DNA of 64,000 bases from Felis catus (Eukaryota), in contig NC_058368.1 in assembly GCF_018350175.1 (NCBI RefSeq), positions 93,312,001 to 93,376,000 on the forward strand, given 5' to 3'. Below the pieces are notes generated by a model. That model was not told the origin of the DNA. It made no database searches and saw only the letters and a program-made list of their open reading frames with translations. How positions within the stretch are numbered: the first letter of the stretch is position 1; each line of letters opens with the position of its first letter. Position numbers and translations under genes: made by a program. Below, one piece after another: positions 54,456 to 64,000 of the stretch.

Positions 54456-54601
54456 CCGTCCTCTTTTGCTCAAGTATTCTTCAAAATCAGTTCCACTGAT
54501 AATCCTTCCATTTCTTAATGTGTTGGTATGTACTTATCCTTTACCTTTTACCTACGTGATCCATAACCCAAGAATCCAACAAAAAGAAGTCACCTCCTGC
54601 C
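54456..54601 (-). pseudogene. GREB1-like pseudo-exon
   Basis: gcatttttcag|G joins in phase 2 (TG|G=W); GDFFL vs VDFLI; STYQH vs VTYQQ; donor G|gtgaaa. Confidence 0.65.
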
Positions 54602-54820
54602 CTGAAAAATGCAAATGCATTGAGGCTCAAGGATTGCCAGCCACCCTGACTCTCCCTGACCTGCTGGGGAGAATGGACACAAGGTAACACCACCTGAGTG
54701 ACTAGCCAGGTTCTATCTAAAGGCACATTTGAAGTCTCCATATCACAGACTTATACTGAACTTCTACTACTCACCTTTTAAGATCCTTTCTAGACTTTCC
54801 ACTGGCAACTTGTCCCTTAC

Positions 54821-55277
54821 CAGTCAAACCGGCCAGACCGTTTCATGACTATGTTAGATGCTGATATAAACATACTTTGCATTTGCTTTGCTTTTACAAC
54901 CACAGGTCTATCCAGAAAAAAAAAATGAAGACATTTTGAAGAAAGAGATCCAGAAGGTGGCAGAGCAGACATGGTATCACTGGGCACCAAAGAAGCTAGG
55001 TGGGAGAGAACCCAAGGGCCATCAGCCTCAGCTGCAGACAATTACAGGCGAGGATGAATGGTGTTACAAAGGGTCATCATTATCCTCAGGGATGGGGACA
55101 GCACGAGATGATAATGAATATGTTTTGGGAAGAATAATATAATCTCATCTGGTATGGACGAGGGGCATCGGCATCCAGGCGGCTGGATAGGAGAACATGT
55201 TGACATTATTTATAGCTACAATGCAGAGCTGTGACAGAGATCCATCGTAAACAATGCCTTCCAAGGCAGCTGCTTTC
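54821..55277 (-). pseudogene. GREB1-like pseudo-exon
   Basis: KQLPWKALFTMDLCHSS vs AQLPWLASLAASSCNDS (gapless); KHIHYHLV vs KEVNYELV; MTLC vs STLC; donor TG|gtaagg; acceptor AG appears mutated. Confidence 0.8.
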
Positions 55278-56255
55278 CATTAAAAACATATAACAGAAAA
55301 GAGTTTGCAAAGGGTGGCTTAGGGTGGCGGCATTAAAGAGGGCTGTCATCTCTGCTAAATCTGGGACTCATTTGCGTTCCTATTTTTATTTCCATTTACT
55401 TTTTTTTAATCTGAGCAAGCTTTCTAATTTTTTTTGAACCACTAAGGTTTTTTTTTTTTTTTAACAGTACGGTTCTATTTAGAGTTCTCATTACTTGAAA
55501 ATGGGCCAAACTACACATTTTTCCAAACACGGGGAAACTTTGTGTAAGATGTTCTCCCTCAAGCCCCCACAAAAAAATATTTTTCTCTACAAAGAGCTTT
55601 AATGCCCAAGCCTATTAATGAATTGCCATTCCCAGAGGAGAAGTCTTACTTTATATGAAAATAGGTTAAAAGGTCATTAAAAGTTAAAAAAAAAAAATCT
55701 GGTTATAAGTGAAAAGAAGCTATTAATGTCCTGAGGGTAGAATACATTAATCATGAAACATGACCTAGATAAGTCCCCACATATCTAGTGCCAATCTTTA
55801 CTTGTAAAACCACAGGGTCTTGACATCAGAGGAAATGAGAGCCCCCAAAGTATTACTGAGAACTTCTGGGAGAGAAAGAAGTTTAGGACTATGATCCTAC
55901 TTCAAAATGTTTTTGCAAGACTGACTTTACAAGCCAAAGAAATAGAAATTCTGTAACAAAATATACGGAAGTCTCTTCTAGGTTCTCCTTTCTTGGTGTC
56001 TCCCTCCCATCTGCTGGGACAAACCAACCGTGTCACTGTACGGTCACCACAGGAGCTCCTGCCAGCCTCATTTGTGGGAATTTTTCTCAGTTTCCTTGGA
56101 TTCGATCAAAATGGGTCCAGAAAGCCACAGCCTTGACTCATTTCTGTACCACTCAGCTGAGCAATGTGCTCTTTACACCTGTCTCATTGCCTTCCGGCTG
56201 GTCTGGGTTTCTTATCCCTTCCCCATCACTAGTGCAATCTACAGCCACAGTTCAC

Positions 56256-56436
56256 CTTGTTGTGCTCCTGGATACAAGCCACTGGTGAGATGCTTGTTCC
56301 AGGATCAGTTCTGCTGTGTGTAAATCCATGTTGGCTAGCTGCCCACACCCACCCCACTCTTCATTTCTCCCCCAATAGCCAAAGGCATGGATTTCTATCA
56401 CTGCCCCTCCTTTTCTCGTCACAATGGCTTCTTTAT
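56256..56436 (-). pseudogene. GREB1-like pseudo-exon
   Basis: ctttactcag|AT ... AAG|gtgaac; open 59 codons (KEAIVTRKGGAVIEIHAFGYW...AELILEQASHQW); weak similarity to QLLLTVYYL...LEQIFLRSW. Confidence 0.55.
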
Positions 56437-56529
56437 CTGAGTAAAGTCCAGCCCAAGAGCTTATTTCTGGTCACCTCCCTGTGGGACCAGGCAGGCCAGC
56501 AGAGAACATGGATTCAAGTTGCAATGTGA

Positions 56530-56740
56530 ATATAGCACCAAGCACAGATTCTAGAGTTTGGGGCTTTGTCACCTACTGATTACATCACTTACACAAGCCA
56601 CTAATCCTCTGTAAGCCTCAGTTTATTTGTCTATGAAATGGAGGTAATAATGTCACAATATTGCTGTAGGTAGACATCATTAAGTTCATCCGTATGGTAT
56701 CTTTATAGGATAAATTCTCAGTAAATGTGAGTTTATTACT
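56530..56740. mobile_element. MIR
   Basis: ctctgtaagcctcagtttatttgtctatgaaatggaggtaataat core. Confidence 0.75.
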
Positions 56741-56866
56741 CCCACTCAGTGATTTTGCTTTATGGTTTTCCTTAATGGCAAAACCAAAGCACAGAGAAAA
56801 AGAGGAAAAACATTTAATCCCATGAAATAAGATCCAACAAAACCATTTGAGAAACTAATTCTTTAC

Positions 56867-57214
56867 CTCTTCGCACAGAACTCTTGGTCTTCCTTCCTCT
56901 CAGAGGACATTCATGGTGCAAAGTACAGTCATTCCCTTGCTCTTTACAGGGGCTTTTGATTTTCTGTGTTGAGCCATTAGTAATTATGGCCATTAACGTT
57001 ACTCATATGCTGTTAAATATTGGGGAAAGCCAAGAGCCTCTTGGGACCCATTACATAGCAACAGGTCTTGAATTGGTTCCCAAGCCATATCCTCAGGACA
57101 CTCTCTGAAGAGTTCACAACAGGACAAATGGTGGCTGATGCTGCCTGGGTAATCGCCATGATCTCAGAAGCTTCTGGAACCACCCCAGCTGTAAATGACA
57201 CTTCACCATTTACC
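56867..57214 (-). pseudogene. GREB1-like pseudo-exon
   Basis: Joins the previous exon in phase 2. ICPVVNSSESV vs TFPVVASGEPV; AFPNI*QHMSNV vs NFPYLCGNLNDV; donor AG|gtaaag. Confidence 0.75.
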
Positions 57215-57859
57215 CTCTTACAGAAAATAAACATTTGCCTTTGAGATATCCCAAACCAACTGATTATTCCTTCAAAACCTTAAAATCATTACCCATATTT
57301 TAGCTTTGTGTATGTCTAGGGCTAATCATGATGACAATGGGAATGTGAGATAAAACACAATCGTTTAAAGGGCTGCTCATGTCCATTTCCCCTTCACAGT
57401 AGACCAGACCTGGCTCTACCAGGTATCTCATTCTTAAATTGGCAGGTGGGTTCTTCAGGTTTGGGAGGGGCAGGAGTTCCTGCTTCAGACAAAGAAAGGA
57501 GAGTGAGAACAAGTATTATAAGGTACTGCAAGGCCAGTCGGGAAATGAAAAGATTCAAATTAAGTGGAAGTAAGAGTAACTTCTGTGTCCCAGGGGTGGG
57601 AGGTGGGATTGTGGTCTGGGATGTGGTGGCAAGAGTTTAAATTCAATGAAGACTGAATTGAAGCACAGAGTGCAGGGACAAGTGAGCAGATCGATTCAGA
57701 GTGGCTTCTGTGGTCTGATGAGTTTAAGGCCTACTTTATCCCAGCAGAGGGGTGGATCTAGGTGCCAGCGTTGGGTATACCCATTATGGCCCAGTACATC
57801 TCAGCTGCTTGTTTCAGTGTTCACCACCACTGATCATTCCATCTGAAATTTTCCCTATA

Positions 57860-58030
57860 GGGGCACCTGGGTGGCTCAGTCAGTTAAGCACTCAACTTCG
57901 GTTCAGGTCGTGATCTCAGGATGCATGAGTTCAAGCCCTGCATTGGGCTCTGTGCTGACGGCTCTAAGCCTGGAGCCTGCTTTGGATTCTGTGTCTCCCT
58001 CTCTCTCTGCCCCTCATCTGCTCATGCTAG

Positions 58031-58082
<52 letters not shown>

Positions 58083-58110
58083 CAAAAAATAAACATTAAA
58101 AAATTTTCCT
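57860..58110 (+). mobile_element. CAN-SINE
   Basis: Consensus; TSD aaattttccctata-like. Confidence 0.95.
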
Positions 58111-58718
58111 AAATAAAATAAAATTTTCACTATATATCAATCTGATTAAAAGGTCACCCATTCATTTAGCCAACAATCCAGAGCACTCAGTATATGCCAG
58201 AACCAGGCCAGGCAGTGGGGGCTCACAAGTGAATCTCTACTCTCAAGAGTCTGTTCTTTAATAAGTTTGATGGCAAAACAGAAATCATTTTGAGGTCTTC
58301 AGTGAACACACTGAGCCAACAGAGAAAGGAACTGTAAACCCCTTAGGGGGAGGTGTGCAGCATCTCATAGAGGAGGCAGTATTTAGAGTGTTCTGCAAGA
58401 TACAAGATTGTACAAGTTTGGGGGGGTGTTGTCTTCCAAGCAGAGGGGCAATTTGCCAGAGCAAATATGTGCAATTTGTTTGAGCCATGAGATATAGTGC
58501 TCAGAAATAAAATAGTTCAGTGCAACTAGCCCTAGGGCAATGTCATGGAAATAAGGGCCAAAGGAGAGAGTCGGGAGACTAAAGTATCAAGAACCCAGAC
58601 ACTCTTAGGGAGTTTAAAGGATCTTAATCTCAATCAGATCATAGAAGATCAAGACTACCAGCAAGGAAAACCAGAGCCATTCCAATAATTACGTGTGAAA
58701 TTAAAAGAATTTGAAATA

Positions 58719-58950
58719 AGGGCACCTGGGGGGCTCAGTCAGTTGAGCGTCCAGCTCTTGATTTCAGCTCAGGTCATGATCTCACGGTTTGTGAGTTTGA
58801 GCCCCATGTTGGGCTCTGTGTTGACAGTGCAGAGCCTGCCTAGGATTCTCTCTTTCTTTTTTTTTTTTTTCTCTCTCTCTCTCTCTCTGCCCTTCCCCCC
58901 CCCCCACCATCTGTCTCTCTCAAAGTAAATAAACATTTTAAAACTAAAAA
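58719..58950 (+). mobile_element. CAN-SINE
   Basis: Consensus. Confidence 0.9.
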
Positions 58951-59501
58951 GAAATTTAAATACTCTGAAATAAGTCTCAAATATTTCCATGCAAACTTCT
59001 GCTTTAAGTCTTCAGGTGTCAAAACACAGGTCGAATATCTCACCCTTGACATCTTGTAGGTTTCGCAAGCACTGCACATCCAGAACAAAACTCATTCCCT
59101 TTCCAACTGAATCTATTGCTTCTCATGTTTTCTTATCCTGCTTAATGGTGGCTCTTTCATCCATCCAGTTGGAACAACCCATCTAGAAACAAGAGAGAAT
59201 TCCAATGTTCCCCTTCCTTCCCTTGCCCTCCACCAAATGTTATTGATTTTAATGGGGTGAAGAGGTAAAGGGGGAAATAAAAGTGAAAATTGCTCAAGAT
59301 CAACATGGAGTCAATAGTGCTATATGTTCTTTTCTATCTATGAAGTGGGCTGGCTGGGAAGGTTCAACTCACCACTCCAGCCTAAAAGCCTCTACTCCCA
59401 AGAACTGTGGGATCTCATCAAGGCCAAATCCATTTTCCCTGTTAAGTGCTCTCATGCCTTCCTAACTCTCCCCTGCAATGCAGTGAGGCTGACCATCTTA
59501 C

Positions 59502-59658
59502 CTCACTCTTCTATACGTTTTTTCATCGAAAAACCAATTTTAAAGGTCCTGAATCCTTGACAAGAACAAAATCGATGCTGTGCAAAGACTTTTTTTTTCA
59601 AAATGTGCTAATGAAAAGCTGTAATGTCTCTCAGATAAGTAGAACTTCAAAGTTCCCT
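59502..59658 (-). pseudogene. GREB1-like pseudo-exon
   Basis: ttttacccttag|AG ... GAG|gtaag; 157 nt with one stop; GTLKFYLSER vs KHLKYYLVRN. Confidence 0.75.
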
Positions 59659-59719
59659 CTAAGGGTAAAATTGGTTTGGAAACAGGGAAGGGAAATAGAA
59701 TAAATAAACCATTAAACAA

Positions 59720-60973
59720 CTTTATTTAGAACCAAGGGGGTGAGGGAAGGTAAGGAGCCGAGATTATATATAAACAAATAAGAAATAGAGAATTTTTTTT
59801 TAATTATGAGAACACTTTGTCAAAGCCTATGCTATGCAAAGAAAAACGAAAACCAAAAAGAAATGGGGAGGAAAACGTATGGTACTAAAACTGATATTAG
59901 AAATGAAAATCCATAGGAAAAAATCAGAATGTTAAAAAAAATAATAAAACAAAAAACCAACTACTTCACAAAAAGTACGTGTGCAGATCATCTCATAGGT
60001 GAATTCTAAAACCTTCAAGGAACAAGCTCATTTGTCAAAATTTTTCCAACAAAGATGAAAAGAACACACACTGCCAATTTTTTTTCAAAAGCCTGCATGA
60101 TATGGATAGAGAAATCTGATAAATATAGCAAAAAAAAAGACTTTAATCTGATTCATGAATATTAATGCATAACAATCCTATATAAAGACAGAAGCAAATA
60201 GAAGCAGAATCACTCTAAAAGAATGACGTATCACTAAGCATGCCAAAACAATTTGATATTAAGATGCATTAATAAAATTCACTGTATCAGCATGTCAAAA
60301 GCAAAAAGCACCCTGTACTATCAGCTATACAGATGCTAAAATGGCATTGCACTTTAAAAATCTACAAGAGATGAAGAATATTAATTTTTAACAAAATCTA
60401 AGTATTTGGAAACTCGACTGCATGATTAAATACATACTCTCAAGTCATATGCTAGCCATTCTGAACGTTAATGTATATGAAAAACTTAGAAGAGCTTTTG
60501 GGAACATAGTTCCACACAGGTTCACTTTTGTAATCATCGTAAAATTATAAACATTTCTATTATATCTGACATTAAAAAAAAAAAGAAACACATCATCCAT
60601 TTTAACACAGTTGTGGATGTCCTCCATTAAATTAGCCAAGAGAAATAAAAGATGCAAAACTTGGGAAATAACAAGTGCTAGTGAGAATGTGGAGAAAAGG
60701 AACCCTTAGGCACTATTGGTGGCAGTGCAAACTGGTGCCACTCTGGAAAACAGAATAGAGGTTCCAAGAAAAGGAAAGAAGAAAAGGAAAGGAAAGGAAA
60801 GGAAAGGAAAGGAAAGGAAAGGAAAGGAAAGGAAAGGAAAAAGGACAAGAAAAGAAAAAAGAAAAAAGAAAAGAAAAGAAAGAAAAGAAAAGAAAAGAAA
60901 AGAAAAGAAAAGAAAAAAAAGAAAAAGAAAAGACAAGAAAGACAAGAAAGACAAGAAAGACAGAAAGACAGAA

Positions 60974-61026
<53 letters not shown>

Positions 61027-62510
61027 AAGAAAGAAAGAAAGAAAGAAAAAGAAGGAAGCAAAGAAAGAAACAAAGAAAGAAATACCAGGGGTGCCTGGGT
61101 GGCTCAGTGAGTTGACTGTCTGATTCTTGATCTCAGCTCAGGTCTTGATCTCAGGGTGGTGAGTTCAAGCCCGAGTTGGGCCCCACGCTGGACATGAAGC
61201 CTACTTAAAAGATAAAAAATAAAAAATACAAATACCATACAATCCAGTAATTTCACTACTGGGCATTTACTCAAAGAAAACAAAAACATGAATTCAAAAA
61301 GATATAGGTGCCCCTATGTTTATTGCAGATTTAGTTCTAAGAACCAAGATACGTAAGCAGCCCAAGTGTCCATTAATGGATGGATAAAGAAGATGTGGTG
61401 TATATACATATACAGTGGTAGTACTCAGCCACAAAGAAGAATGAGATCTTCCTGTCTACAATGACATGGACAGACAGTATGCTAAGTAAAACAAGTCACA
61501 CAGAGAAAGATGAATGTCATATGATTTCACTTGTATGTGGGATCTAAAAACAAAACAAAACAACAAATAAAATACCCCAGACTCTTAAATACATAGAATA
61601 AACTGGTGGTGGCCAGAGGGAGGATAAGAGGGGATGGATGAAAGAGTGAAGGGGATTAAGAGGTACAAACTTGCAGGTACAGAATAAGTAAGTCACAGAG
61701 ATGAGAAATACAGCATAGAAAACACAGCCAATAATATAGTAACGATGTTTCATGGTGACAGATGGTGACTACATCTACCATGGCGAGCACTGAGTGCTGT
61801 ATGGAATTATCAGATTACTATGTTGTACGCCTGAAACTAATATACAAGCAGCGAATACTGTATGGAGTTATCAGATTACTATGTTGTACACCTGAAACTA
61901 ATATAGCACTGTATGTTAAATATATTTCAACAAAAGACAAAATTTGGGGGCGGGGGGAGGCAGAACACCATTTGAGAATATAGGGCTTCACACCTAAAGC
62001 CCAAGAAAATCAAGCATAAAGTAATAGAAATGGTAATCGGATCTGGTAATCTATCTGGTGATTGTATTAATATATCATTATCAATGGGTCTATTCTATAA
62101 AAACATAAGGAAAAAGTCAATTTGTAATATCCACAGAAGGGTAAAATACGTGGATGTGAAATTTCCAAAAGGTATCCCCATTATAGATAAAGAAAATTTT
62201 GCAATGCTAAAGAAAAATACAGAGCATGGTGAATAAGTAGAAAGATACACTTTATTCTTGGCTAAGACTCAAAAGAGTAAAGATAGCTATGTTCTCGCCA
62301 GTTTCAAGTTGGACAGGTTGACTCTTAAGAGACAATAAAAAAAATAATCAAAATTTGCCATAAAAAAAAAAAAAACCAGGAAGATTCTGAGAGGGAATTA
62401 GCTTAAAAACATTACAAACAGATTACAAATGGAATGATTGGTACTGGTAACTACATAAAGAGACTAGTACAACAGAGTAGAGTTTAGAAATAAGCCTATT
62501 AATATTAGGG
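59720..62510 (+). mobile_element. Ancient L1 with nested younger L1 3' end (~60650-61935), purine microsatellite (~60768-61080) and SINE (~61088-61225)
   Basis: A-rich ORF2-like sequence; L1 3' UTR motifs; (GGAAA)n/(GAAAA)n/(GA)n. Confidence 0.8.
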
Positions 62511-62514
62511 TAAC

Positions 62515-63360
62515 TATCCACTAATCTGGGGGGAGGGAGTGGAAAGACTGTGACTTCCTGAATTAGTGAAAATTCCCAAATGGACTGAAGATTTACATCT
62601 GTAGCTTTACAGTAAAACTGTAAGTATGTTATGTGGTAGCCAGAAATGTGTATACTTTCCAAGGTAGAGGGCAAGTTCTCAGACACTGTCCAAAACCTCC
62701 CTGTGATTGCCCCTCTAGGCATGTGTCCTGGTTAATTTCAAATGGCCTAAATCTGCTTCTTCCACTACTTAGACTCTGGGTTCGAACACTCCTTTCATTC
62801 TTATTTTTTCTGAGTTATAGTTTGTTAAAAAAAAAATAGAGAGGGGTCCCTGGCTGTCTCAGTTGGTAGAGTCATGCAACTCTTGATCTTAGGGTTGTAA
62901 GTTGGAGCCTGGCAGTGGGTGTAGAGATTACTTAAAAATAATATCTGGAAGACAGGAAGATAGGAAGATAGGAAGGGAGGGAGGGAGGGAGGGAAGAAAT
63001 CAACAACAAAGTACATTTCCTTAAAAGCAGAGACAGTGACTTGCTTGGCTTTTGGAACATAACTGACATGTAGTGCTTGTGTGTCCGAACCCCAATCCCA
63101 CCCTCATGGAAGGGAAGGTCATGCTTCAGGACCCTCTCTGCCCATCCTTCTGCCCTTCCATTCTTATTTCCCATGAACTTCTCATTGTCTTCTCTTTCTG
63201 GCTTTACTGATTCAGATCCCTTTTCTTCTATTCCAGAAACACCCCCTCCAGAAGCACCTCTTTATCTAACAGTGTTCTATGCAATGTGTTCTTTTTTCAA
63301 ATACATTGCAGGCACTAACTGTTCTGGAACTGTTCAAACTACATCAAGAAATTTGCAATC
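62515..63360 (-). pseudogene. GREB1-like pseudo-exon (N-terminal domain), interrupted by a SINE
   Basis: Acceptor gatattttag|GAT. TVPEQLVPAMYLKKEH vs LVPRPIFSQLYLEAEQ; EPRV*VVEEADLGH vs DKRFLPDDNGH. 3' boundary uncertain. Confidence 0.65.
62842..63000 (+). mobile_element. Short CAN-SINE (gtagagattactt type) inside a pseudo-exon
   Basis: ggggtccctggctgtctcagttggtagag head; purine-rich tail. Confidence 0.85.
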
Positions 63361-63524
63361 CTAAAATATCAGTTTGAGAAAGAATACACTAAGAACTGAC
63401 ACAAAATTTCAAGTCTCCATGTTTAGTGCTCTTTATAAAATGAGAAAATGTGATCAATCAACACAATCCTAAAACACATGTGTATGGACTAAAACTAGAA
63501 CAAAATATGAACATACAAACATAC

Positions 63525-63600
63525 TTGTTACACCAGCACAGAAAAATGATGAAGTTTTTCTTATAATTTTTTAGTATTGTGTAGCAAGAATATGAATGTT
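63525..63600 (-). pseudogene. Possible first coding exon remnant of GREB1-like pseudogene
   Basis: HSYS...L*EKLHH (two frames) vs GREB1 NSYA...FEEVLHN; donor AA|gtatgt; no ATG retained. Confidence 0.35.
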
Positions 63601-64000
63601 GTGTTATACTTTTAAGATATATTCATCGTAAGCAAATCAAAAATTGAAAGAAAAGTGAAGGAAATCAATAGTCTTTTATATAATACCAGAAAGGTATCCA
63701 TATTATGGTATATTTCCTTTCTTTCTACTATACCATTTTATTTACATACACTTTTCATAAAACATGGGGTTCTGTGAACTGTTTTGTTAGTTTACCTTCA
63801 GATATTAAGCATTCCAGGTCACTTAGAGTTATTTAATATTATTTTATTGGCTATGCAATAATCCAAAGGCTATATCCTAATTCTATTTACTTATTCAACT
63901 ATAGTTATACATTTAGAGGTTAAAAGAGAAAATATTTAAGACAATTGCTTTAAGAGCAGTTAGAGTATTTCTGGCCATTTACTTAGGATGGATATATATA

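Larger units (their letters stand above)
17948..63600 (-). pseudogene. Unprocessed multi-exon pseudogene of a divergent GREB1-family gene (neither GREB1 nor GREB1L orthologue)
   Basis: About 22 exon-like blocks with minus-strand AG/GT splice sites. Hand translations give collinear motif matches to recalled human GREB1 from N- to C-terminus (VP..YL..E, LKFYL, PVV.S.E, QLPW.A, TLC, FFRTW..HM, LKSPT, EFEM, FLIK, SLKH, GGKR, EDSWQ). Many stops and frameshifts. Confidence 0.8.

Noticed and set aside
55900..56255. Coding-looking continuation beyond the 56256 donor
   Set aside because: Multiple stops and no recognisable motif; cannot be distinguished from intron.
60678..61123. Lys/Arg/Glu-rich and Phe/Ser-rich ORFs
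   Set aside because: Purine microsatellite inside an L1 3' end.
1425..63000. tRNA-like A/B-box sequences
   Set aside because: All are heads of tRNA-derived CAN-SINEs, not tRNA genes.

Overview
Mammalian (felid-type) genomic DNA, AT-rich and dense in repeats: about 40 tRNA-derived CAN-SINEs including young Felidae-type copies, plus L1 fragments of several ages, L2/MIR, MLT1, MER5 and a Tigger-type MITE. No intact protein-coding gene is present; the supplied ORFs are repeat-derived or are broken pieces of exons. The main hidden feature is on the minus strand (~63600 to ~17950): about 22 GT-AG-bounded decayed exon blocks totalling roughly 6 kb. My hand translations of these match human GREB1 (recalled from memory) in short motifs, in collinear order from the N-terminus to the C-terminal end, including the helicase-like and TET-associated glycosyltransferase (TAGT) regions. 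Similarity is far too low for this to be the GREB1 or GREB1L orthologue, and the exons carry many stops, frameshifts and two transposon insertions. I interpret it as an intron-containing pseudogene of a divergent third GREB1-family paralogue. A weaker chain of plus-strand exon-like segments (5560-7885) may be the 3' end of a second, unidentified decayed gene. Repeat coordinates are approximate and subfamily names are by eye.
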